Shown here piece by piece: positions 20,320 to 29,805 of a stretch of 64,000 nt of DNA. A model generated the notes under the pieces. That model was given only the letters and a program-made list of their open reading frames with translations, was not told the origin of the DNA and made no database searches. Made by a program: the position numbers and the translations under genes. The stretch covers positions 832,001 through 896,000 of the forward strand of contig CBDETY010000003.1 in NCBI GenBank assembly GCA_965243025.1, in the 5' to 3' direction. Source of the stretch: Candidatus Latescibacterota bacterium. GTDB taxonomy: Bacteria > Latescibacterota > UBA2968 > UBA8231. Position 1 is the first letter of the stretch. Every line of letters starts with the position of its first letter.

Positions 20320-21500
20320 GGATGTCGACTGGCTGGCAATTCCACATGATTGCCTGCTGATCCGGAAACCTGCCAGAATGGCACCCTGGATCGAAAAGGC
20401 CACCGCTCTGATCGAGGTGGAAACCGGGGCTCCTGCTCTGATCTCGATGAGGTGAGCAGGAATTCATTCCGTTTTGTCGGCAAGTTGGCAAGCAGGATAG
20501 CCCACTGGTGAAGGCGTCTTTTCTGCGCAAGACGGCAGGCACCGAACAGCGGGATGTCGCCTTGTTGACCATTCGAGAAGATTCGCCGCTTCCATCCAGA
20601 TGGGGATGATCCAGTTCAGCCGGCGATGGGACCGGAGGCAACGAGCAGCAGCATATTATCCTCAAAGTCAGGCAGTCTGCATCCGGCGATGTATCCAGAC
20701 TCGCAGGTACCTCCCCCCTGAAGTCGGCACCGTGAATCGAAAGGCCACCGCTCTGATCGAGGAGGAAATCGGGGCTCCTGCTCTGATCTCGATGAGGTGA
20801 GCAGGAAATCATTCCGTTTTGTCGACAAGTTGGCAAGCAGGATGACTGAGGATTCCTCGGGTGCAGGCTGAGCTGTCAGGCGCAACAGGGGAGGCAGCCG
20901 GCAGGGATGTCGCCTTCCTGACCATTCGAGAAGATTTCGCCGCTTCCATCCACAGACTCCGTTCGGCCGACAATGCGAAGAAAGACAGGGGACCAGCGGA
21001 ATGGATGGGGATCTCAAGGCCCTTTGATTGTCCCAAATTGGGACATTTAACTCCGTGGGCGGTGGATCCGAATCTGAATGTCGGCGACTCGCCGTAGGTA
21101 TTATCCCAGACTCCTCGGTACCTCTCCCCGGAAGTCGGCACTCTGGATCGAAAAGGCCACCGGGCTCTGATCGAGGAGGGGGATGCGCGGACTCCCTGAA
21201 TCTGCAAAGCCGTCGTCGTCGAGGTGAGCAGGAGATCATTCCGTTTGGTCGACAAGATGGAAGCAGGATGACTAAGGATTCCTCGGGTGCAGGCTGAGCT
21301 TTTCGCGCAAGAGGGGAGGCAGCCGACAGGTATGTCGTCTTGCTGACCATTCGAGAAGGATTTTCCCTCCATCCACAGACCACAGTTGAGAATCGATTCC
21401 GTTCCGCCGGCGATGCGGGTATTCTCCGCAGGAGACTTGACGGCAGGCAACGACCAGCGGGAATGTCGCCTTGCTGACTACTCGAAAAGACTCGCCCTTT
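20320..21500. repeat. Non-coding array of 3 full and partial degenerate units (core about 220-280 bp, period about 345-410 bp)
   Basis: ATCGAAA(A)GGCCACC at about 20390/20736/21147; ATGTCGYCTTSYTGACYAYTCGARAAG-like motif at about 20554/20907/21332/21463. Confidence 0.88.
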
Positions 21501-22482
21501 CCTTCGACCGATGGTGCGTGAAGGGGACCGGAGGGATCTCCGTCGCCAGCAGATCCCGGTAGGTCAGCCGTTTCCCCAGCATCCCTCGAACGAGGTATTC
21601 CATCTGATCCAGGAGAGCCATTTCCCGGATATTGTACCTGCCGACGACCTCCCTCAGGTAGCGCGGAAAATACTTGGGGGACACATGGCGATAGGTCCCG
21701 AAGATAACCGCCTTCAGCTTGGCCCAGAACGACTCGATGGTGTTGGTATGGGCCTCGTCCCGGACGTATTCGCCTTGTTGGTGGTTGACGACCAGGTGCC
21801 TTCCGGGCCAGGTCAAGGCCCCATAGACCGGGGCCTCGTCGGTGCACAGGGTTTCATTTTCTTCCAGGTGCTTCTCTACGAGGGGGGCCACGGTCTCCTG
21901 ATCGGCTTTGAGGATCATCCTGGCGTCCCCTCTGCGGCTTTCCCGGTCTACCACTGCGAGGGCCTGAACCCTGCCCTTCCTCCAGTTGCGACCGAATTTC
22001 TTGTCGGCGTGCCTCTTCTTGTCGTTCCCTCCGACCCAGGCTTCGTCGACCTCGAGGAACCTGCTGCGCAGCGGTTCGGGATCCGGCCAGGCTTCCCGGA
22101 GGCGGTGCAGCATGAACAGAGCCGACCGGTAATTGAGTCGGAGTTTGCGGCTCAGCTGCACGGCGTTGATCCCCATGGGGTCGGACAGATACAGCCAGAC
22201 GCCGAAAGCCCATTTCCGATAGGAGATCCTGGAGCGGTACAGTACCGTTCCGATGCGCACGCTGAACCGCTTTTGACAGTCGCTGCACCGGTAGGGCATC
22301 GGCTTGCGGTTGCGACACTCCCGGATGCGGTCGCCGCCGCCGCAGTGCGGACAGCGTATGAATTCGGGCAGGCCGTCTACCCTCTTTCCCCATCTGATCT
22401 TCTCGATCCATCTCTCTGCTGCTGCATTGTCTGGAAACAGTATGTACAAATCAATCAACGAGACATCTTTACCTTTGTTCAT
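21478..22482 (-). mobile_element. IS1595-family transposase
   Basis: Zn ribbon CPHC..CSDC, FSVRIGT, EVDEAW, TDEA, NTIESFW, RLTYRDL. Confidence 0.93.
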
Positions 22483-23740
22483 TACGATTACCTGCGGGCC
22501 GTGGAATACCGTACTGGAGGCCAGCGGCCCTCACAATAGATGTTGATTCACGCTCCCATGGCAGTCCTTTCGGGTTTCAGTGGGATGTGACTCCGTCGGG
22601 GTTCCGCCGACAGATAGGGACTGGGGAAGCGGCAGCGGATGCTGCCGGCGTCTCCCGTTCGCCTATCAATATACCCGAAAATTTAAAAAAGTAAAGCGGG
22701 CTTCGGAGTGCATTCGAAAACACCCGCAAGGAGGTCGGGAAACTTTGGTTTTCTGGGAGGGAGAGAGGGCGGGAAGGGCGGGGGGAGCGAAGAGCGGGGG
22801 GGGGTGCAGGAAGCCCGATTCAAGGGGGGTGGAGCCGGGGTGTAGCGGTCCCCGGCAATCGGGGAAACGGAGGCGCACTTACGAGGTTGAGACGGGGAAG
22901 ACGCGGATCTCTCGAATCAGGAGGACGCGGAGGGGAGGCTTCGAAAAACCCCAGTCGCGGGGTATCCGGGAGATTTCAGGAACGGGGGGCGAGGTGGCGA
23001 TGAGCGGAAATGCGACATAGTGGCCTCTGTTCTTCGACCGGAAGGCCTCGCAGATGATCAGGAGATCCTTGATCCCCAGGGGGTTCCCATGCAGGCAGAA
23101 TCGAAAAACGAGCGATCAGCCGATTACCCTGATTTTGGCCGCGTCCCATCGGGTTCGGCGTGCGCGGATATTGTGCTGGCTATCCATTCTTTCGCTTGCG
23201 TCGGCGTCGCCACCACCAAGAAAAAAACAGAGTAGCATCCAAAACACCGAAAGCTATCAGGATGAGAAGCCAATTATCCATCTTTTTCCTGCTGCCCCTA
23301 CGGATCGTGTTTCATGCGGCGCATTCGATTCTTGGAATTCAAAGTAGGGGCATCTGGTAGTCGTGCTTACCCGTGTAGGGGGTCCAGCATGGCCGGCAGG
23401 TGCGGATGGTGTCCGGCGAAGTAATCCTCAAAACTAATCGGATGCAGACTGTCATATCGGGATTGGGAATCTCGCGGCCTTCGTCATTCATTCCTTCCCA
23501 AGCCACCTGACTACCGATTCCCATACGTCAAGGATTATATCGCCAAATGAGATAAGCAGTAAGGCTGCTCCTACTAATCCAGCAATGACAAACTTCAGCC
23601 ATAACAGCTTGTATTCAGAATCTTTCACAGCTCGAAAATCGCCTTCGAAAATCGGGGCACCAATTCCCAGATGACAATGACCACATCAAGCATTATTAAC
23701 AGTACTCCAGTCAGTACCAGCAAGAGCATGATGGCCATCT

Positions 23741-23992
23741 TCAGTCAAAACCTTGTACTGAAAATCCTTCATTGAACCGCGCCACCTTATCGCTACGCTT
23801 TCGCCCGGGTTCCATCAGATACCGCAATTCCTTTTTCGGCGAATTCCGCATGACCCCCTTGGCGATGTTCTCCGGGTTATCGTCTATGGCAATCCCGCAA
23901 GCTGGGCGCATTCCAGGAGCGATCCCTGCAAGGCTTCGACTTGATGCCTCTGTTTCTCGATGGAAGAGCTTCGTCGACGAGGATATCAGCAT
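23741..23992 (-). CDS. Small hypothetical protein resembling short ORFs seen next to IS1595 elements (remnant)
   Basis: Motif DDNPENIAKGVMRNSPKKELRYL; family link is from recall only. Confidence 0.35.
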   Translation of the reverse strand: MLISSSTKLFHRETEASSRSLAGIAPGMRPACGIAIDDNPENIAKGVMRNSPKKELRYLMEPGRKRSDKVARFNEGFSVQGFD

Positions 23993-24196
23993 CGCCAGAG
24001 AGGAACGACTTCAATCAGAGGCCGCAGCAAGTATAACGGCATGACCCTGCTGCAGGCTCACAACAAGCCTACCCCGAGCAGGGGGCGAGGGTCCTCCAGC
24101 TTGCCCGAGGTACCGGAGTGCGGATGCAAGGCATACACCCGGCGCAGGGCGGCATGAACGGGGAAGGGGAATCACTCTGCCAAATACTCCCACGGC

Positions 24197-25939
24197 TCAG
24201 TCGTCGTCTATGGTGTGGCTGATGCGTCCCTGCTCATCGCCTACATAGATCGTCCCAAGAGCTCCCAAATAGGAGTTATGGCTGGCGACTGGCTTCGCGC
24301 TTGCGGTTGGGGCCTGCCGGGTGCTTACCGAGGCGGGGAGCCTATACGGGTCCGCCCGACTTTCATCGACGACGTAGCCCAGATCGGCGATGGACTGGAT
24401 CGTGATGGCGCTAATTGCCATCTCGAAATCTATCCACGGCGTCATAATCTCCGATCCGATCCTGCGGCTCCCGTTGAACACCTCCGACCTCCAATGACCG
24501 CCGACCCCACAAGTAGATTGCCCAAGCGTTAAAGGAACCTTATTCCCGCTGTAGTCCATGCCTCCCGCCGTGTCGAACGCCTGAATCGCCAGCTCACCAC
24601 TGAAGTATGTGTCTCCTGACAATTCATGAAGCAGGCCTAATTCCAACCAAAGCGGAGAGAATCCCAGCACGTGGGCTATTTCGTGAAACATCACGTCCCT
24701 TACGAAGCGCTCCGCCATAGAGAGTGACATCCTCTGCAGATCGCCAAGGAAACCCTTGTCGATCCCGACAAAACCTGTGGCTGGCAGGCCGGTCGGGTTT
24801 CCTGAGCGCACATAAGACAGCCCTGCCAATGCCGCTACCGTTTTCCCGGACTCGATCTCTTCGACGAAGATCCGCAGATCGTCGACAGTATCGTTGACAA
24901 TCGTCTCACCCTGGTAAGTGCGGGAATAATGCGGATTAGCCGAGAAGTTCACATCCGGTAGGCCCTCGGTAACGAGGGTCTCCCAATGTCTGGCTGCTTA
25001 TTGCATCCCATCCTTGTGCGCGTCGGTAAAGTCGCTGAGGAAGACGAGTTCGATATTGAAGGGATCCTCCCTGGAAGGGACAACCCGAACGTAGGCGCCG
25101 GTGGAGCAGTTGTTATCGGTATTGGTCTCGCCGGGGACGCCATCGACGCAGGCGCCGTAGTAGTACGAGCCAAGCCTTGAGGGCGCCCTCACACTGATTG
25201 CCTTCCGGCTGATGCCCGAGGCGGCAAGGCGGCTTCCGGGGCCGCTGAAAAAACCGTCAAAGCCCGTAATGCTGGCCACGGTTCCGGTGCCGACAAGCAT
25301 GTCGGCGGAGTCTATAGTCGCGTCGTCCGAGCGGTAGTAACGCACCGTCGTCGCCGCTGCTTCGTGGGGTCCCTGGTTTCTCACCGTCGTCGTCAACGTG
25401 AACGACTGCCCAGCCAGCGGGGCACTGGTGCTGCCCCAAGTCAACCCGAACGCCAAATCCGGAACGCCGACGTTCATGGGTACCGCCTCCGAGCAATTGT
25501 TGTCCGTATTGGTCTCGCCGGGGACGGGATCGGCGCAGGCTCCGAAATAGTACGTGCCCGGACTCGTCGGATCCGCAAGGAATGGGACGAGCTCATATTC
25601 ATAGTCACTGTTTTTGGAATCCCCCCCAATCGGGAGGTTGTACACGTTATCGATGCCGCCTGGCGTGTCGGTGGCGTCGATGGTCGGGTCGTCCGAGAGG
25701 TAATAACGCAACGTCGTCTGGGTAGATGGGCCAGAACCTATATTTTTAACCGCCTGCCAAATTCCAACCTCTCCGGTCTTCGGCCTGTAATCGAGGATCT
25801 CAGGCCGTTTAACAATCAGGTCGGGGCGCCTGTCGCCCGGCAAGTCGTCAATCGTGTGGATGTGCAGGTCGGCCTTGAACCACCGAGCGCCCGGTATCTC
25901 CCGGTGCCAGTTCTCAGCATCTCTTCGCGCAAACGTCAT
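24197..25939 (-). pseudogene. Chimeric pseudogene: PHP-domain N-terminus fused to CARDB repeats and M8 (leishmanolysin-like) peptidase; in-frame TAA at 24998-25000
   Basis: GARWFKADLHIHT (PHP), then PDL...KNIG/RNQG CARDB units; frame reads GMQ*AARHWE into HEIAHVLG...GHW...EIMT. Confidence 0.8.
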
Positions 25940-26065
25940 TACGCAATCTCCAGACAAGCAGTGCAACTCACCCTGATGGTATACGCCGCAGTCAACATAG
26001 AATCATCAAACCCGACCCAGACATCTTTATCGGTTCGGAAAAAGGCGTCGATCAGGAAGTACATC

Positions 26066-28573
26066 TCAGGTCTCGACTTGGACCGTTCCGGCGATGAGAT
26101 TCGCGACCTCCGCGTAAAGATCCACGGCGACCTCCGGCGCTTTAATGCTGATGATCAAGGAGTATCGTGCAGTTTGGTCGTATCGTTCCATCGCGGGACG
26201 CGTCTTCCACCAACCTGCGGTGGGATAGACCGCGATATTTCCACGGCTCGCCAGATCCGCTGCGGTGCCTCGCCAGAGGTCACTGTGCAACGAACCTCGG
26301 TGACGCCCCTGTGTTCCGATCAGCCACGCAGGGTCGCCGTCGCTCTTGCGGCGGCGGGTCCCTTCGTCCTCGTCTCGCGCCGCCAGATTGATCCGCTTCC
26401 GAAACTCGTCAACGGATTCGGTTGGTCGCTTCACGTCAAAACGCAAACCGTGAGATTCGTACCGGTAACGTGAACGGACATCCCTTCCGGACGGGTTGGG
26501 TTCGATGAAGTAGGACAGCGTAACTCGCATCTCGACCTGTGTTTCTCCCAAGCTCTCCAGCACGTCGCTCGGCCAAGGCAATCTGTGGAGGTGCATATCG
26601 CGAAGGGTTGGCTGCTTGCGTGTTTCTCGTTTGAATGGCCGCAGGCTTTCTTCAACCACCATCGTCAAGGAATTGTTGAGGCTCCATAAAGCGCGGTCGA
26701 TGTCCGGGACCCCAAAGCCGCACCGTCGCAGTAGATTCAGATAGTCCCTCTTTTGTGGAGTACCGGTCGCAGGCAGAAACTGTTGTTTCATCGTGTTCGT
26801 CCACTCCGCCGAATGCACGATCAAGGCGCGGATTGTCTCGGGCCACAATCCGGGATAGGACGCCATGACCCGGGCGGCGAAGCGCGAGGCGAGCGCGGTG
26901 GCGGCGCTGGTACCATTGGTCGTCGTGAATTGCCGGTCTGCCAGGAGGTGATTAGTAGTCAGAAGACTTAGACTGGCCATCGATACCGAGCCCAATGAGT
27001 CTTTTCCAACGTTGCCGCCTTCGAGAACGACATCCGGCTTTTGCGGCCAGTGTCGTTCCCAGGTGAGTGAAGTCGTACTGAAAGGGCTCAGGCATCCCCT
27101 TGGAGCGACTGGCGAGTAACCGCCGGCCTCCGGCTCGGTAATTCGGACGAGGTCGGTACAGGCTCCAACCGTAAGTGCATTCCATGCCTGAGCCGGGTCG
27201 TGTACCCCGTCGCTGTCATTGGAATCAGGGTACCGAGACCAAGCACTTGGATCGTTGATGTTCCCCCCGGACACGACCAGTAGGCGCGGATTGGCCCCGT
27301 ACCTGTGGACATCCGCCGCCAGTGCATCAATCGCCCCTGACCATGCCGACGGACGACCCCGGTCCCGATTGTCCCGAGCGGTGACCGCCATTCCGTAGAC
27401 CCGAATCCGGGATGGTGCGGTGACTTCGGGCCTGGCCACCGCTTCCACGGTCAGATATCCATGGTGCCGGGAATCAGTTCCGGTCGCACCATCCGTTTTC
27501 AGCAGCTTCACCGACTCGAGCCGGTGGCTGATTTCTACAGGCCTGTTGTCGGCGAGGAGCTCGGTCAGGTTGCCTGCGAGAGCCACCCCCGCCATCTCGG
27601 TACCATGACCATCCGCATCGTCGGTACCCCAACCAGGTTCGACAGTGTGAAGGTCGCCAGGAGCGAGCGCGGGGCTGATTAGTCGATGGCCACGGTTGAC
27701 ACCCGTATCGAGTAGACAGACATAAGGCGTCTGTCCGGTTTCGGCTGCAAATCGGGTCCGGCTCAGCAGGTCGTCAAGCCGCTCGACCTGTTCGTCGGGG
27801 GATAAGGAATCGAAGAATTCCGCCGTCTCCTTTGGACATCGTAGTTCGGCAATGCTGTTGAGCGTGACCATGGAGTGCTGCATCTGTTCCACGGATGCGC
27901 GCGCAAGCAGTACAGTGCGTTCCGGAAAGATCAGCTCTCCTTGAGGAATCTCGATTTTTTGGGCTTGGGCTCGCTCGCGAAACGAATCAATTGTCGCGCG
28001 CCGGTCCCCAAGGACGGGCAGCCAGACCTCCCACCAAATCGATCCCTCTTCTGCGGAAGGAAATTCAGCAGTATCGGTCCAAAGCGCTTCCAGGGTAGCC
28101 GCCCTGATGGAAGAAATTGCATTCAGCAGCCTGTGATTCCTTGGGCCAGCTTTCGTATCTCTGGACTCATCGAGGTATGCGGCAATCAGGTTCTCAAAAA
28201 TCACCAACTTTCCGTCAGGAACGAAGACGGTTGCCAGAGTTCGATTTTCTTCATGACGGACGTTTAACAGTTCGATCCCTGACCGTTCTCGCGCCAAGCT
28301 CTCAAACGCCAACTCGACATCGGGGAAGCTCTCGAATTCCAACCGAAGCCCCAGACCATCCTCCATCCCGGCGGCCTGTTGGGCTTCGCGAGCGGATTCC
28401 GCCTCACCCCGAACCCCCTCAATCTGCCCTTTCAACGCCCCACCCTGGCGGAGGCGATCCCGTTCGGGAATCGTGGAACCCCCATCGCCCCCACCTGGAT
28501 AACGATACTCCTCAGTCTCGGTTATCCCTTCGAGGAGGAAATGCGGATGTCGTCCTCCAGTTGCTTCGGTCAT
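26066..28573 (-). CDS. S8 subtilase, IetS-like anti-phage peptidase
   Basis: Triad LLDTG / GHGTEMAG / NGTSAA; no signal peptide; directly after an AAA ATPase. Confidence 0.9.
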   Translation of the reverse strand: MTEATGGRHPHFLLEGITETEEYRYPGGGDGGSTIPERDRLRQGGALKGQIEGVRGEAESAREAQQAAGMEDGLGLRLEFESFPDVELAFESLARERSGIELLNVRHEENRTLATVFVPDGKLVIFENLIAAYLDESRDTKAGPRNHRLLNAISSIRAATLEALWTDTAEFPSAEEGSIWWEVWLPVLGDRRATIDSFRERAQAQKIEIPQGELIFPERTVLLARASVEQMQHSMVTLNSIAELRCPKETAEFFDSLSPDEQVERLDDLLSRTRFAAETGQTPYVCLLDTGVNRGHRLISPALAPGDLHTVEPGWGTDDADGHGTEMAGVALAGNLTELLADNRPVEISHRLESVKLLKTDGATGTDSRHHGYLTVEAVARPEVTAPSRIRVYGMAVTARDNRDRGRPSAWSGAIDALAADVHRYGANPRLLVVSGGNINDPSAWSRYPDSNDSDGVHDPAQAWNALTVGACTDLVRITEPEAGGYSPVAPRGCLSPFSTTSLTWERHWPQKPDVVLEGGNVGKDSLGSVSMASLSLLTTNHLLADRQFTTTNGTSAATALASRFAARVMASYPGLWPETIRALIVHSAEWTNTMKQQFLPATGTPQKRDYLNLLRRCGFGVPDIDRALWSLNNSLTMVVEESLRPFKRETRKQPTLRDMHLHRLPWPSDVLESLGETQVEMRVTLSYFIEPNPSGRDVRSRYRYESHGLRFDVKRPTESVDEFRKRINLAARDEDEGTRRRKSDGDPAWLIGTQGRHRGSLHSDLWRGTAADLASRGNIAVYPTAGWWKTRPAMERYDQTARYSLIISIKAPEVAVDLYAEVANLIAGTVQVET

Positions 28574-28581
28574 TTGAAGAG

Positions 28582-29583
28582 CTACTCCGTACGGGACTGG
28601 CTTTTCTGGCCCAGCCTTTGGGCGACGTTTTTTCGCTCACCGAGCATTGATTGGATGTCGGTTGACTGAACCCGTGTACGATTATGAATCAAAGCATCCT
28701 TCAGGGTCTCGTTGGCCGCACGGCTGATCTCGGCGTGGCTCAAGCCCGCCGAATAATCCGCCAGTCTCTGCCACTGAGTACCCTTTTCAGCGGTTCCGGT
28801 GAGGCGGGTCTTCAGTAGTTTTGCAATCTGAACCTTGTCAGGCAGATCGTAATGAAGGATGTCGTCGAAGCGGCGGAAAAGCGCAGGGTCGAGTATTCCG
28901 GGGTGATTCGTTGCCGCGATCACGAGGCTGTGAGAGCGGTCTTGTTCGAGCATTTGAAGAAAGCTGTTCAGTATCCGCCGGATTTCTCCCACATCGTTTG
29001 TCAGTCCGCGTTGGGAACCAATGGCGTCAAACTCGTCAAAAAAGTAGATGCCCCGGGTTTTGCTGGTGGCCTCGAATATCTGCCTCAGCTTGGCTGCAGT
29101 TTCGCCCATGAACTTGGTGATTAGGCCGTCGAGTCGAACCTGAAGGAGAGGGAGACCGAGTTCCCCGGCCAGAACGAACCCAGTCAGAGTCTTGCCCGTA
29201 CCCGGAGGACCTGTCAGTAGTAGTTTGCGCCTGGGCGCCAGGCCATGCTCCACGATCCGCCCCGCATGGCGTTGCTCACGAATGACCCGCTGAATCTGAT
29301 CCGCGAGAGCGTCACTCAGAACCATCTCTCCCAGCCGGGCCTTCGGGTACGACGCTTCCAGGAGATTTGCCAACTCCCCACTCGGGTGGGAAATCGGTAA
29401 CACCGAATCCATTCCACGCCGGCCCTTTGCTTCGTCGATCAGGGTTCGCAGTTCTTCGGCGAGCTTCCCGTGTCCAAGTTTTGCTTCGTGGGCAGCGACT
29501 TGCATGGCAACAGAGAAGAAGCGGTCGTCGTCACCTTCCAGGTGCGACTTAAAAAGTGCCTTGATATGGTTAGCACTGGCCAT
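28582..29583 (-). CDS. AAA+ ATPase, IetA-like
   Basis: GPPGTGKT, FFDEFD, AATNH, RRFD; 8 bp from the S8 gene. Confidence 0.9.
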   Translation of the reverse strand: MASANHIKALFKSHLEGDDDRFFSVAMQVAAHEAKLGHGKLAEELRTLIDEAKGRRGMDSVLPISHPSGELANLLEASYPKARLGEMVLSDALADQIQRVIREQRHAGRIVEHGLAPRRKLLLTGPPGTGKTLTGFVLAGELGLPLLQVRLDGLITKFMGETAAKLRQIFEATSKTRGIYFFDEFDAIGSQRGLTNDVGEIRRILNSFLQMLEQDRSHSLVIAATNHPGILDPALFRRFDDILHYDLPDKVQIAKLLKTRLTGTAEKGTQWQRLADYSAGLSHAEISRAANETLKDALIHNRTRVQSTDIQSMLGERKNVAQRLGQKSQSRTE

Positions 29584-29805
29584 GGGGAGTATTCCAGCTT
29601 CGTGTGGAGTGAGCTAAGTTCCACCGGACACCTTGGCTGATTCCGTCGGAGGAGAGATGTGAGTAGCGGCCTCTTCCAGCTTGTGGAACCGCAGACTCGG
29701 CTGAGCAGGATTCAATTGAAGGCAAAGGGCCTTTACAGCCTTCTGCTCGTTTATCGGTGTGTTTGAGGAGACTATCGGTGAAAGTGTCGGGGATGCGGGT
29801 ATTCA

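Noticed and set aside
20320-21500. CRISPR array
   Set aside because: Units are over 200 bp and degenerate, spacers are irregular, and no cas genes are present
24998-25000. Stop-codon readthrough or recoding
   Set aside because: TAA ends other genes in the window and this gene is already a damaged chimera, so a nonsense mutation is simpler
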